Virus record (IMG/VR): IMGVR_UViG_3300002835_000024
Direction: 5' to 3' (one strand)
Source of the DNA: a virus
DNA length: 64,000 nucleotides
Shown: positions 45,629 through 56,862 of the stretch, one piece after another
Layout: every line of letters starts with the position of its first letter
Position numbering within the stretch: the first letter of the stretch is position 1
Translations under genes and position numbers: made by a program
The notes under the pieces: model-generated
The model's input: the letters and a program-made list of their open reading frames with translations, nothing else
What the model was told of the DNA's origin: nothing
Databases searched by the model: none

Positions 45629-48016
45629 ATGTCGACTAAACTTGTCACAAAAACCTTTAACGTCGAGAACGCCAAAAAATTCATTTCTTCTAATGATGAG
45701 TTATTCGTTTACGCTTCTAGACATATCCCTTATACTGGAGGAGATGGATCAGTTCCTTCTCCAGACAACTCAGTAGATTCTACTGTTATTAATGTTTATG
45801 ATAATATGATTTTTGCTAAAAGAGTTTCTGACTCCGATAAGGTTCATATGATACCAAAAATTATGTGGACTGCAAACACGGTCTATGACATGTATTCCCA
45901 TGATGATGGGTTTCTTTATGAAAAAGATTTTTATGTGGTTTCAAACACTGGGTCACAATATGATGTTTATAAGTGTTTGTACAATGCGGGCGGAATTGCG
46001 TCAAACGTAGAACCTACTCGAGCGGGTTCTGCAGTCGATCTTCTTCCGTTTGAGACTGGAGATCAATATGTTTGGAAGTATATGTATACAATTTCTTCGG
46101 CTGATTGGAACAAATTTTCCACAACATCATTTGTTCCTGTAACAGCGAACACCACAGTAATACAATCAGCAGTTCCTGGACAAATTGATGTTATTGTGGT
46201 TGAAGATGCAGGTCAAAGATACGACAATTATATTGCCAATGGAGTTTTTAGAACTGGCGATATTAAAGTAGGAGGAGCTGACACCTTTTATGGCGTAAAG
46301 GACGATGCTTCCTCCATCGACGAATATTATACTGGATGTGTGTTAAGAATAACCAACGGAACAGCTGTTGATCAGTATAGAAGAATTGTTGGGTATGTTG
46401 GAACATCAGAAAAGAAAACTGTAATATTAGATAGAGCATTCACAACTGTTCCTGCAGTGGGTGATACTTATCAAATATATCCATACATCTATGTTTTTGG
46501 AGATATGAATGAAACCGTTCCTGCTGAAGCTATGGCGATTATCGATGCCAATACCTCCAATTCTGTTTCGAGTGTAGAAATATTGAATTCTGGAGCAGGA
46601 TACAGGAAAGCAGAGGCATATGTTGGTGTTTCTCCAGATGTTCTTCCACTTAGCTCAAATTCTAATTTAATTGATTTGCCTGCAGTTATTTCAGGTGGAG
46701 TTGATTTCGAAGAAGCTAAATTAAAAGTTATTATTCCTCCTGCTGGCGGTCACGGATCAGATCCCTATAACGAGCTTTTTGCTGATAGAGTTTGTGTGTA
46801 TAGTAAATTCTCAAACACAGAGCAAGGGATGATATCTACTGATAACGATTTTCGTCAAATTGGTATCATATCAAATCCAAAACTAAACAATTTAGACGTT
46901 TTCTGTAACACGACATTAACAGTCGGAAGTTTTTCTATCGGAGAAAAAGTTAGTCAGTTCAAGAATATTAGATTGGCTGGAAATGTCACAGTTTCTACTA
47001 CAGCAAACACTATCACAAAAACAGATACAGGTAAAATATCTACGACAATTACTATTGTTGATGGTGGTACTGGATATAATTCTACTGTTAATAACTCTTT
47101 GGTATTCTCTAATCCTCTTTCTGGCGGAACAGTAGCTGTCGCAACATTTGTAAATAGTAACCCAGGCGGAACTATTACCTCCATAACAGTTTCTAACCAG
47201 GGAACAAAATATGATTCTGCTCCTACAGTCTCGGTTGGGGGATCTACTGGATCAAATGCTGTTTTGATTGCTACTCTAGCTAATCCAGAAAAAACTTTCT
47301 TTGATGATTGTTTTCAAACTGGCGATTATGCTCTGGTATCAACGGAAACTAAAAACTGGATTAATGTTGTTTCTAGTGTTTCCAACTCAGACGTTATTGT
47401 TGTTTCCAGCAATTCACCGTTTAGTAATACCACAGCAAGAGTTTCAAAAATAGAAACTGAGGCGACTGGAACTGTTACCGCAATATCAACAGGACAGATA
47501 ACTCTTTCTAATGTTTCTGGTGTTTTCCAGGAAGGAGCTAAGATTGTAGGACTTTCTTCTGGAACAACTTCAGTCATAAGAACATCAAACTCAGAATTTA
47601 ATGCTCTGCAAATAAACGACAAAGATCCAAATCTCTTCAACGTTATGGTTCAATTGTCTCGTCTAGCTGGAAATTTACAAACTGGTAATAATTTCATAGA
47701 AGATGAAGAAATTAGTCAGACAAATTTGATACAGTATACACAACCAAAAGCATTTGTCCATCATATTGAAACGGGTGGTGGAGCTAACGATGATGTGCTT
47801 TACGTAACCAATGAAACTGGAATATTTGCTTTAGATCCATCAAATTTAAAACCCATTATCGGCGAATCTAGTGATGCTATATTTTCATATTTGTCAGCTA
47901 AATACAAAGGTGATTTTGTAAAGGATAGTGGACAAGTTATATATTTTGAAAACGTTCAACCAATTTCTAGAGATACTGATAAATCAGAAGTTGTTAAGAT
48001 TATTCTGAGATTCTAG
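45629..48016 (+). CDS. gp8: Baseplate wedge gp8-like protein (extended)
   Basis: W.....YD.Y, VYKCL.N, P.......D.Y.WKYMY, P..GHGSD...EL, DFRQIGII.NP, SG.VIY.EN..PI.R. Confidence 0.85.
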   Translation: MSTKLVTKTFNVENAKKFISSNDELFVYASRHIPYTGGDGSVPSPDNSVDSTVINVYDNMIFAKRVSDSDKVHMIPKIMWTANTVYDMYSHDDGFLYEKDFYVVSNTGSQYDVYKCLYNAGGIASNVEPTRAGSAVDLLPFETGDQYVWKYMYTISSADWNKFSTTSFVPVTANTTVIQSAVPGQIDVIVVEDAGQRYDNYIANGVFRTGDIKVGGADTFYGVKDDASSIDEYYTGCVLRITNGTAVDQYRRIVGYVGTSEKKTVILDRAFTTVPAVGDTYQIYPYIYVFGDMNETVPAEAMAIIDANTSNSVSSVEILNSGAGYRKAEAYVGVSPDVLPLSSNSNLIDLPAVISGGVDFEEAKLKVIIPPAGGHGSDPYNELFADRVCVYSKFSNTEQGMISTDNDFRQIGIISNPKLNNLDVFCNTTLTVGSFSIGEKVSQFKNIRLAGNVTVSTTANTITKTDTGKISTTITIVDGGTGYNSTVNNSLVFSNPLSGGTVAVATFVNSNPGGTITSITVSNQGTKYDSAPTVSVGGSTGSNAVLIATLANPEKTFFDDCFQTGDYALVSTETKNWINVVSSVSNSDVIVVSSNSPFSNTTARVSKIETEATGTVTAISTGQITLSNVSGVFQEGAKIVGLSSGTTSVIRTSNSEFNALQINDKDPNLFNVMVQLSRLAGNLQTGNNFIEDEEISQTNLIQYTQPKAFVHHIETGGGANDDVLYVTNETGIFALDPSNLKPIIGESSDAIFSYLSAKYKGDFVKDSGQVIYFENVQPISRDTDKSEVVKIILRF

Positions 48017-48030
48017 GAGAAGTTAATTAA

Positions 48031-51000
48031 ATGCCTCTGAACACAGATTTTAATATATCGCCATATTATGACGATTTTGATAAAACTAAAGGGTTTGCTA
48101 AGATCCTTTTCAAGCCTGGGGTTTCTGTTCAGGTTAGAGAACTCAATCAACTTCAAACTATTCTAAATGACCAGATGGAAAATCTGGCAAATAATCTTTT
48201 CAAAAAAGGAACGATTATTGAAGGATGCGGTCTAACATACTTTTCTATTTTCCCTTATGTAAAACTAAAAGACTCAGAAGTAAACGGAGCTCCTGTAAAC
48301 GTTTCCAGTTACGAGGGAATGACAGTAAAAAATTCTGTTGGCTTAGAGGCTCTGGTTGTTAAAACTGCAGATGGTTTTGAATCACAAAATCCCGATCTTA
48401 ACACTCTTTTCGTAAAATATACTAATTCAGGAAATAATGGAAATACCTTTGCGTTTTCTGCAAATCAGGTTCTTACTGTATACGATAAAACATATCCTAT
48501 CTTCAAATATGACATTAGTGATGGTTCTTCTGCATTCTCGAACAACGATTCTATAGTTGTTGTCTCGGCTATTGCTATTCAAAATTCTAGTGGCGGATCT
48601 GTTTTCCCAGCTGGAGCTTTTGCTAACGGGCACATCATTCAAAATAATGTGGCCAACTTACAAATTATTGAAACTGATAGCACAACAAACAATCAAGTTT
48701 TGATTCTTAGAGTTAAGCCATTGGCGGATGATCTAAAAACTGCAAACAGCGTTCTTTGGACATTTAGAGAAGGCGAAACTATCAGAAACGCCAATACAGC
48801 AAATACGGCTAACGTTGTAGCTATCATAGGATCTAGTGCTGCAGCTGTGTTGGTCACAGATTCATTAGGAAAAATTGTTTCGATCGAGCCAACAAATCTA
48901 GGATCCGGATATTACATCCAGCCTCACGTTACAGTTTCTATAACTTCTAACAGTTCAATCACAACCTCTGCTATTAATCAGCTTAATGTCGCCGCTCTCA
49001 ATTTTAAAGCTTCAGTTTCTACTGCGGACAGCAGCAAAACTCCTATCGGAACAGGATACGGAGTTAAGGTGGCTCCAGGTGTTATCTACCAAAAAGGATT
49101 TTTCTCTAGAGTAAACGAACAAACTCTGGTTGTTAACAAGTATTCCAACACAGCATTTGATGCCGTTGTTGGATTTGATACAAAAGAACAAATCATTAAT
49201 TCGAACCAAGACAATTCTCTGTTTGATAATGCCACAGGAAGTCCTAATTTCTCCGCCCCAGGATCTGATAGACTTAAACTGACTCCAGAATTAGTCGTGT
49301 TGACACCAACTCAGGCTCAAGCTAACGTTGACTTCCTTCCTATCATTGAGATAACTGATGGCGTTCCTTTCAGACAAAGATCTCAAACTGTATACAGCGT
49401 TATTGCTGATGAGATGGCCAAAAGAACATATGAAGAAAGCGGCAATTATGTCATCAATCAGTTTAACGTTTTGGCTAAGGATGAAAAGAATCTTGCAAAT
49501 ACCGCAAGCACCTTTAAAGTAGTTGTTGATCCTGGCACAGCCTATATCAAGGGATATAGAGTTTCCACGACTGGCAATTTTTCCAAGAGCGTAAACAAGG
49601 GAACAGACAATGTTAATCTGCCGACAGCCAAATCTCGGGTGGCATACGGATCGTTTATAAAAATCAATAATGTCGGTGGAGTTTTTCAGTTTAATCTTGG
49701 CGATGTTATTTCTTTATATGATACAGCTAAGAATTTTATTGCTAGTGTTTCTAATAATTCTAATGCTATTACTGCTCCTTCTGGAAACGCGATTGGTAGT
49801 GCCAGAATAAGAGGGATGCTCCCTGGGGATAATGATGGGGAGTGGCATCTTTACCTATTTGACATCAAAATGAATGCTGGCAAAAATTTTATAGACACCA
49901 GATCTGTTTACTACAACAGCACAAAAGTTGCTGTTGCTGACACAGTTCTTGAATCAAACAACACTATTCTCAGAGATGTTGGTTCTGGATTTAACGGATT
50001 GCTTGTCAAGAATCTAGAAGCGTCGAAATCTGCTAATTCTATAACCTATACGTATAGAACGTTTGGCACATCAAAACAAGCAAACACAACAGGTTACATC
50101 ACTTTGACTCCAGGCGCTAGCGAAATATTTCCATATTCTGGAACTCTTGTTTCCGCCCAAAGAAAAGAATTTATGATAGTTCCCGATAACAACTATCAAG
50201 CTCAATCAAATGCTGCTGGAACTGTTACCTTCACTTCAACGACCGCTAATGTCACAGGAAGCGGCACTGCATTTTTGACTAGCTACAGGGCTGGTGATTA
50301 TATTAAGGTGGCCAATTCGTCAAACACCGCAGTTGCTAAAATTCTTAATGTCGCAAATGACACGTTTATGACGCTTACCGCAAACGCTCCTTTGACAATT
50401 ACTAATACTTCTTATTTGTATTTCCCCAACAACGTTCCAATTTCTATGACAAGAGACGGAAGAAGCATTGTTGTTGAGACAAACAACTCTATTACTATCT
50501 ACATTGGTAATACTGTGGCTACTACTGCGGGATCTGCAACAAATATGGACGTTTCAGTCGCGTACAATATCACCAAGTCTGGCGTAAATCCCGACGCCAA
50601 ATTAATCAAAAGAAACATATACTCTAGAATTGTTTGTTCCAATAATTTGGCTAAGACCAGTGGGCCATGGCCACTTGGAACTTCGGATGTCTTTAGGATG
50701 TCACAAGTTATCAAAGCAAATGGAGCTTCCCGAACAATCACGTTTAGCTCAGAAACAGCTGTCTCAAACACTGACGATTTTATCACAATATCCAGCAATC
50801 CATTTGCGAACGGCGACTCTTTAGTATATTCGAATACGAGTGGCACCGCAATTGGCGGTCTTTCTAATAACACCACATATTATGTTGTTGCTGCCAATTC
50901 AACAGGCGTAAAACTGGCTTCAACAAGAAATGGTAGTGCTATTGATATTACTGCAGTGTCTGGCGGCGGAAACCACTCTTTAGTGGGTTCTCCAATATAT

Positions 51001-53286
51001 TTTACAGAAACCACCAATGACGTTTCTGACGTGACCAATGAATTTTATATTGATCATCGTCAAAGCGAAGATATGCTAGACATTTCTCATTTGGTAAGAA
51101 GACCTAATTATCCTTCTCTCTCAAACAATGATGTGTTGCTTGTAAAATATGACGCTTTCACATCAACACCTGGCGTTAAAACAGTTTCTTCTTACAGCGT
51201 CAACGATACCGCTAATGTTGCAACAATGGGCAACACAAGCATCAATACTCTGGAAATTCCAGAAGTTTGGGGAATCAATGGTCAGTATTACGACTTGAGA
51301 GATCAGTTTGACTTTAGACCCACAGTGGCCAATACTATTCCACTAACCTCAGAAGTATCTAATACTTCTATTGTAAACCCAATAGTTCCAACATTCTCGA
51401 ACAAATTCACAGCTTCAGAAAAATACTTCCCAGTTTCTGATGCAGATTTAACTGCCAACGTTGTTTACTATCTTGGAAGAACTGATAGAGTTGTTGTTGG
51501 TGTAAACGAAAATATAGATGTCATTAAAGGTTATGCTGGTAAAGAAGAACCACCTCCAGCCCCAAGCGATACGATTACTCTTCAGCTTCTAGAGATCCCA
51601 CCATATCCATCTTTACCAAAAGCTATGTCTCAAGATATGATCGCTCTGGCAGATACTAAGGTATATAATGGAAAAGGTTCTCAAAGAATATTCGAACATA
51701 CAGTCACCACGCCAATTGATGCTAACAAAAGAGAAATTCTGCAAACCAAAAATTATAAAATGAAAGATATCGCCTCTCTCGAAAGAAGAGTTTCCGATAT
51801 CGAGTATTATGTTTCTTATACTATTGCAGAAACTCTTGCCAAAACCAGATTTATTCCTTCCACTCTAAGTGGCGGTACTGATAGATTTAAAGTTGGATTC
51901 TTTGTTGATACGTTCTCAAACTATCAATATTCAGAAGTGCTTGATCCAGAATTCAATTCTACTATTGAAGACGAAAGGCTCACCGCTCATATTGAAGAAA
52001 CTGTTATCGAGCTTAGACATGAATCTTCTCCAAACATTGGAGACTCCATCGCATCAGTTGATTATGTTGAAGTCACAGCATACAAACAAATTGAAGCAAC
52101 AGAACTGGAGGCTCCAGTACCAGAAGTAGTTGATGTTGTTGATACTGTCATAACTCCTGGAGTGCCCACTACTACGACAGCGCCCATTGGTACAGTAGAA
52201 CCGCCAGTTGTTGTGCAGCAAATCGTCTCAGAAATAAAAACAAATAAAAACACTAATTGGAGTTCAACGAGAGCTGTTTATGACGATTGGAATTTTACTA
52301 TGTCAAAAACAGCTGGACCTGTGGAAATTTACATGAACCACAGAGCACGTTTTAATGCGATTGTAATTGAACAAGCTGAATCTGAGAATGGACCCTGGGT
52401 TGAAGTAATAAACAGTAATGGCGCTTTAGCAGTCACGCAAAATGATGTTCTCAATAAAGGTATTTCTTCTTTGCTTGACAATGTTGGATATTGGAAACTC
52501 GGCGTCAAATTTCTAGACACCTCTCAGTTGGTTCCAGGAACTTCGATTTACTGGTGGAGAGAACATCAAAAGTTTATATTCTCTCACAATCCAGACAATG
52601 GATTATATTATAGAGTCAGAGTGTATAAAGGCGGAGTAAGAGATAAAGCTTCTCCCGGAAAATACGAATATAAAATCTTCTATCCTGCGGATTTCGAAGT
52701 AGAAAAAACTTATGTAGTAAAAGAACCAAATGAATACATATACAACGGAGATGTCGTTGATGTATTCCCCAAAAACGTTCCTATTGGCGGTTCGAACATC
52801 AACGATCCCAATAACCAACAAGTTTGGTTCAGCCAGGGAATGGAAGAACAAATATCAGAAGCACAGAGACAAAATAACTACAATCCAAACTACTGGTGGA
52901 CAAATGGATACGTTCATACGGTAGAGGTTATTGGTCTGAAACCAAACACGGTTCATGATCTATATTTTGATGGAACAAAAGCTACAGATAAATGCGAGCA
53001 AATCAGAACTACAACTGACAATGTTACTGGGCTAAAAACTGATGAAAACGGAACTCTAAAACTTAATTTCTACAATGACAGTCTTATTGATTTGTCGATG
53101 GTAAACACAACTTTTGCTCAAGATCAAATAAGAACTGGGCTAATACCGAGTGTTAAAGAGATTTCTGTTTCTTCGGCTGATATGTCTTCAGTAGCTACCA
53201 GTATCATTAATGTCTCTCCTTGGTTATCCAATCTAAACGCAGAAACAGATACTACTGAGTCTGTTTACAATTTAGCAGAGCTTTAA
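48031..53286 (+). CDS. Large virion structural protein (VrlC/DUF4815-like)
   Basis: N.SPYYDDFD..K....LFKPG..VQ.RELNQLQ, APG.DR.K, RTYEESGNY, M.DI..LE.R....EYY, RFK.GFFVD.F. Confidence 0.85.
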   Translation: MPLNTDFNISPYYDDFDKTKGFAKILFKPGVSVQVRELNQLQTILNDQMENLANNLFKKGTIIEGCGLTYFSIFPYVKLKDSEVNGAPVNVSSYEGMTVKNSVGLEALVVKTADGFESQNPDLNTLFVKYTNSGNNGNTFAFSANQVLTVYDKTYPIFKYDISDGSSAFSNNDSIVVVSAIAIQNSSGGSVFPAGAFANGHIIQNNVANLQIIETDSTTNNQVLILRVKPLADDLKTANSVLWTFREGETIRNANTANTANVVAIIGSSAAAVLVTDSLGKIVSIEPTNLGSGYYIQPHVTVSITSNSSITTSAINQLNVAALNFKASVSTADSSKTPIGTGYGVKVAPGVIYQKGFFSRVNEQTLVVNKYSNTAFDAVVGFDTKEQIINSNQDNSLFDNATGSPNFSAPGSDRLKLTPELVVLTPTQAQANVDFLPIIEITDGVPFRQRSQTVYSVIADEMAKRTYEESGNYVINQFNVLAKDEKNLANTASTFKVVVDPGTAYIKGYRVSTTGNFSKSVNKGTDNVNLPTAKSRVAYGSFIKINNVGGVFQFNLGDVISLYDTAKNFIASVSNNSNAITAPSGNAIGSARIRGMLPGDNDGEWHLYLFDIKMNAGKNFIDTRSVYYNSTKVAVADTVLESNNTILRDVGSGFNGLLVKNLEASKSANSITYTYRTFGTSKQANTTGYITLTPGASEIFPYSGTLVSAQRKEFMIVPDNNYQAQSNAAGTVTFTSTTANVTGSGTAFLTSYRAGDYIKVANSSNTAVAKILNVANDTFMTLTANAPLTITNTSYLYFPNNVPISMTRDGRSIVVETNNSITIYIGNTVATTAGSATNMDVSVAYNITKSGVNPDAKLIKRNIYSRIVCSNNLAKTSGPWPLGTSDVFRMSQVIKANGASRTITFSSETAVSNTDDFITISSNPFANGDSLVYSNTSGTAIGGLSNNTTYYVVAANSTGVKLASTRNGSAIDITAVSGGGNHSLVGSPIYFTETTNDVSDVTNEFYIDHRQSEDMLDISHLVRRPNYPSLSNNDVLLVKYDAFTSTPGVKTVSSYSVNDTANVATMGNTSINTLEIPEVWGINGQYYDLRDQFDFRPTVANTIPLTSEVSNTSIVNPIVPTFSNKFTASEKYFPVSDADLTANVVYYLGRTDRVVVGVNENIDVIKGYAGKEEPPPAPSDTITLQLLEIPPYPSLPKAMSQDMIALADTKVYNGKGSQRIFEHTVTTPIDANKREILQTKNYKMKDIASLERRVSDIEYYVSYTIAETLAKTRFIPSTLSGGTDRFKVGFFVDTFSNYQYSEVLDPEFNSTIEDERLTAHIEETVIELRHESSPNIGDSIASVDYVEVTAYKQIEATELEAPVPEVVDVVDTVITPGVPTTTTAPIGTVEPPVVVQQIVSEIKTNKNTNWSSTRAVYDDWNFTMSKTAGPVEIYMNHRARFNAIVIEQAESENGPWVEVINSNGALAVTQNDVLNKGISSLLDNVGYWKLGVKFLDTSQLVPGTSIYWWREHQKFIFSHNPDNGLYYRVRVYKGGVRDKASPGKYEYKIFYPADFEVEKTYVVKEPNEYIYNGDVVDVFPKNVPIGGSNINDPNNQQVWFSQGMEEQISEAQRQNNYNPNYWWTNGYVHTVEVIGLKPNTVHDLYFDGTKATDKCEQIRTTTDNVTGLKTDENGTLKLNFYNDSLIDLSMVNTTFAQDQIRTGLIPSVKEISVSSADMSSVATSIINVSPWLSNLNAETDTTESVYNLAEL

Positions 53287-53322
53287 CTAAATAGTTTTGA
53301 AACGATGTAAAGAAAGAAACAA

Positions 53323-55452
53323 ATGAGTTATTATAACTATATTCAATCTTTTTATGCTGATTCAGAGGCCGTAAATGGTTCCCCAGAACTGATGGTAACT
53401 TCCATTGATCTTTACTTTAAAAATAAACCATATTCTCTGAACAACGACTCGGGTGTGCCAAAGCCACAAGTTGTTATGTGGCTTTGTGAAATTGAGAATA
53501 ATCTGCCAGCCCCGAATAAAAAAATCAAAAACTCTACAACTTATGTAGAATGGGATAAAATTTCAACCTCATCTACTGCGGTTTCTTCAACAACATTTTC
53601 TTTCCGTAATCCTGTTGTTTTAAAGAGCGATAGATTTTATGGCATAGTTATTAAATTCCAAGACTCTGGATTCGTTTTGTGGCAGAATATCAAAGGTAAT
53701 AGAATTGTCAACGAAACTGGCGTCACTCAAACAATATCATCAGGTTCTAGAAATACAACAGAAGGTATTCTTTATGCCGCTGTTTCGCAAGATTCTGACA
53801 TCATCTCATATACAGATAGGGATCTAAAATATCAAATCAAGATTGCTAAATTTGACACCTCAAATAACTCTGTGTATGTAGTAAACAAAGATTACGAGTT
53901 TCTCTCAATTTCAAATACTGTTGGTGGATTTATTCCAGGCGAAATCGTTTATAAGCAAACAGCAAATGCAACAGGCAATGTTACTGTAAACGTATCAACA
54001 AACCTTGTAACAGGCGTGTCAACTGTTTTTGAAAATTTATATGAAGGGCAAAAAATAATCATCGACACTGGTGCAGCTTCTGATTATTTTTCTGTTAAAT
54101 CTATCGTTTCTAATACAGAAATGTATATTGATCGCCCACCAAATTTCTCGGGTGTCGCCAGGTACAAAGCTCCAGTTTGCGGAAGAGTGTATCAATACTC
54201 TTCTCCCAACAAAACTTTATACCTTGATGACTCAAATGCAGCCAACTCTACTTTCAAACTGTCTGCAGCAGATAATCTAATCGGAGTAAGATCCGGAGCT
54301 AGGACCACCATCACAAGTGTGGATAGATTTAAGATAGACGCTTTTGTTCCTAAGTTTTCCGTCAATGGTCCTCTCGGAGGCACGTTTAATCTTTCTTACA
54401 AGATTGCTGGTGAGTCAAATACTCTTTCGTCTTCATTTGTGTCGTTCTCATTAAACGATATAAACAGAACAAACCAAATTTCTTACGTTCTGTCAAAGTC
54501 TCAAGAAGTTGATGGAACTTCACTATATGGAGCAGAAAAGAAATCCTTAGTTGCAAAAGTTGATGTTAACGTTTTATCAAACACATCATACACCGCTCCA
54601 TTCGTCGATTGCGATGACATTGATCTTATTGTCAAGAAAAACTATATCTCGAACACATATTCTGAAACAAGAACATATGTTTCATCAGCGAACAGCAGCT
54701 ATAGCTACTCAATGCCAAACTATGATACAGAAGTTGATAGAAATGGTATTGCTGTTTCGAAATATATTTCGAAAAGAATAAATCTCGGTCCAGGAGTATA
54801 CGCCGAAGATCTTAAGACATATATCCTAGCATACAGACCTCCTGGAACAAACATCCGAGTTTACGCTAAGATTCACAATTCAGCTGATATTGACTCTTTT
54901 GATATTAAGTCTTGGACTCCTCTCGAACTAGATCAAAATAATGAAAAGTATTCAAACGAAAATAACAAAGATGATCTAATAGAGTATTCATACTCTTTCC
55001 CACAATACCCAGAAATTCTAGAAAATCTTGGGGAAAAGAACTTAGCGGAATATGGAAATAATATTATAGTAACAAACGTTTCTCTTGTAGCAAACTGTCA
55101 ACAAGACGATATCATAAGAGTTTATAAACCAGGATTTGCTGAAACCAACCACGAAGTGTTTCAAGTTTTGGCTTCAAACTCAAGCACAATAACATTGAAC
55201 AAACCCATAAGAAATACAGATATCGTAAATGGGCTTGGTCAACCATCAGTGTCAGTTGGTATCGATAAGCTGAAATATAAACAAATCGCCTTTAATAATA
55301 TAGCCAATGACAATGTTGTAAGATATTATACGACATCTAAAAACGAGTTTGATGGTTATAACACAATGCAAATAAAGGTTGTTCTGCTTTCTGACAGTTC
55401 TAATAAAATACCAAAACTAGAACAATTACAGGCAATTGCTGTGAGTGTATAA
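53323..55452 (+). CDS. Virion structural protein (VrlC C-terminal-like)
   Basis: QSF......TSIDLYF..KP, DLKY.I..A.F, SKYISK.I.L, C-terminal IK.VL.S.....P....L.AIA. Confidence 0.75.
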   Translation: MSYYNYIQSFYADSEAVNGSPELMVTSIDLYFKNKPYSLNNDSGVPKPQVVMWLCEIENNLPAPNKKIKNSTTYVEWDKISTSSTAVSSTTFSFRNPVVLKSDRFYGIVIKFQDSGFVLWQNIKGNRIVNETGVTQTISSGSRNTTEGILYAAVSQDSDIISYTDRDLKYQIKIAKFDTSNNSVYVVNKDYEFLSISNTVGGFIPGEIVYKQTANATGNVTVNVSTNLVTGVSTVFENLYEGQKIIIDTGAASDYFSVKSIVSNTEMYIDRPPNFSGVARYKAPVCGRVYQYSSPNKTLYLDDSNAANSTFKLSAADNLIGVRSGARTTITSVDRFKIDAFVPKFSVNGPLGGTFNLSYKIAGESNTLSSSFVSFSLNDINRTNQISYVLSKSQEVDGTSLYGAEKKSLVAKVDVNVLSNTSYTAPFVDCDDIDLIVKKNYISNTYSETRTYVSSANSSYSYSMPNYDTEVDRNGIAVSKYISKRINLGPGVYAEDLKTYILAYRPPGTNIRVYAKIHNSADIDSFDIKSWTPLELDQNNEKYSNENNKDDLIEYSYSFPQYPEILENLGEKNLAEYGNNIIVTNVSLVANCQQDDIIRVYKPGFAETNHEVFQVLASNSSTITLNKPIRNTDIVNGLGQPSVSVGIDKLKYKQIAFNNIANDNVVRYYTTSKNEFDGYNTMQIKVVLLSDSSNKIPKLEQLQAIAVSV

Positions 55453-55664
55453 TGATTAAACAAGATTATATCAAAGATAAAAACAGCGGCGCTATTTTAA
55501 ATATAAATACAAAAGAATTTGAAGAATTAAAGCATAGAAGAAAACAAGATAAACAACTGAGAGAATATGAAAAAAGGATAACACAATTAGAAGCTCGTGT
55601 TGTTGAATTGACAAATTCTTTGAGAGCAGTTTTGGAGAAACTTAGTGTCGTATCCAGTCAGTAA
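55452..55664 (+). CDS. Small coiled-coil protein
   Basis: KD..SGAILN.N followed by a coiled coil. Confidence 0.7.
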   Translation: MIKQDYIKDKNSGAILNINTKEFEELKHRRKQDKQLREYEKRITQLEARVVELTNSLRAVLEKLSVVSSQ

Positions 55665-56853
55665 CGTAAATATTCTAACAGAGACCTTTGAGTCTCTAAT
55701 TATCAGACAAAACGTTTTAGCTTGGCTGACGACGAATGACGTTTTAACTGCAAACGCAACTGGCGCTGAAACGGGCAACTCTACAACTTCCAAAACTGGA
55801 AGATTGTATGGTATGTTCATGGCCAACAATATTGTTGCTCAAGACTCCTTACGAGGCGGAAACACTTCAACTTCTGGAACGCTGACAGTAACATCAAACG
55901 TTGATGTTTATGTGGCTGCTGCAGCCGCTTCTATTTTAAGACTCGGAAACTCGACTTCAGTTTCTGTAATTAATAGTGTTGGTGCTTCCTTTAGTAATAA
56001 TGCCTCCAACACTAATATCACTGGCGCTTCTGTATTAATGCAAACAAATACAGTAGTTAACACAATTGCTAATTCAACAACCATAACAATTTCCAATGGC
56101 GCTGTCAATTCTCAAATGACATCAATTGGATTTGTGGCAGGTAATGTGGCTGCAAATCAAACAACACTTGTTGTTGGCGCAAATGTTGTGGCTAATACCA
56201 CCTCTTTGTTTATAGGAAATTCTACTGTCAATACAGTTTCAAATAATAATGGTATGGTTGCCTCAAACTCAACATTTGTGACAACAGTTTCGAGATCTGG
56301 CGTATACAGCAATGGTGTTTTGGCTATAACTGGCCAAGCTAACGTCGCAAATAGTTTAGGAGTTGTTGGGGCTGTTGCATTTTCTAATACTCTTGCTGTG
56401 ACTGGCGGTACCACTCTTTCTAATAATATAACTGTTGCTGGTCAGGCTAATATCAACAATAATTTAAATGTGACCGGAAACGTTTCAGTAAATAGCGATC
56501 TTATCGTTAAATCGGATTTAACTGTTCAGGTGTCAGCAAATTCTGACATCGGTACAGATATTGTCAATAATCTTTTAGTTTATAGATTCGCAAAGGCGGA
56601 TTTCTCAACAGCCAAGCTTCTGGTTCAGGTGAAAAAAGGAACTAACACTCAGATTTCTGAGATCATCTTGGCCCACAATAACAGCGCAGCTGAGATAACA
56701 GTTTACGGTACAGTCAGTTCTCCACCATCAACAAGTTCTTCTCCACTTCTAGCGACATTCACAGCAAACCTAAATAACGCCAATGTGGAACTGTTTATCC
56801 TTCAAACACAATCTAGCAGCGCAGTAAAAGTCATAGCCGATTTAATCAAATAA
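55645..56853 (+). CDS. Asn/Ser/Thr-rich tail fibre-like protein
   Basis: GTG start, beta-helical low-complexity body, C-terminal AK.LVQ....Q.SE....H......T.YG domain. Confidence 0.7.
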   Translation: MSYPVSNVNILTETFESLIIRQNVLAWLTTNDVLTANATGAETGNSTTSKTGRLYGMFMANNIVAQDSLRGGNTSTSGTLTVTSNVDVYVAAAAASILRLGNSTSVSVINSVGASFSNNASNTNITGASVLMQTNTVVNTIANSTTITISNGAVNSQMTSIGFVAGNVAANQTTLVVGANVVANTTSLFIGNSTVNTVSNNNGMVASNSTFVTTVSRSGVYSNGVLAITGQANVANSLGVVGAVAFSNTLAVTGGTTLSNNITVAGQANINNNLNVTGNVSVNSDLIVKSDLTVQVSANSDIGTDIVNNLLVYRFAKADFSTAKLLVQVKKGTNTQISEIILAHNNSAAEITVYGTVSSPPSTSSSPLLATFTANLNNANVELFILQTQSSSAVKVIADLIK

Positions 56854-56862
56854 GAGAAGTAA

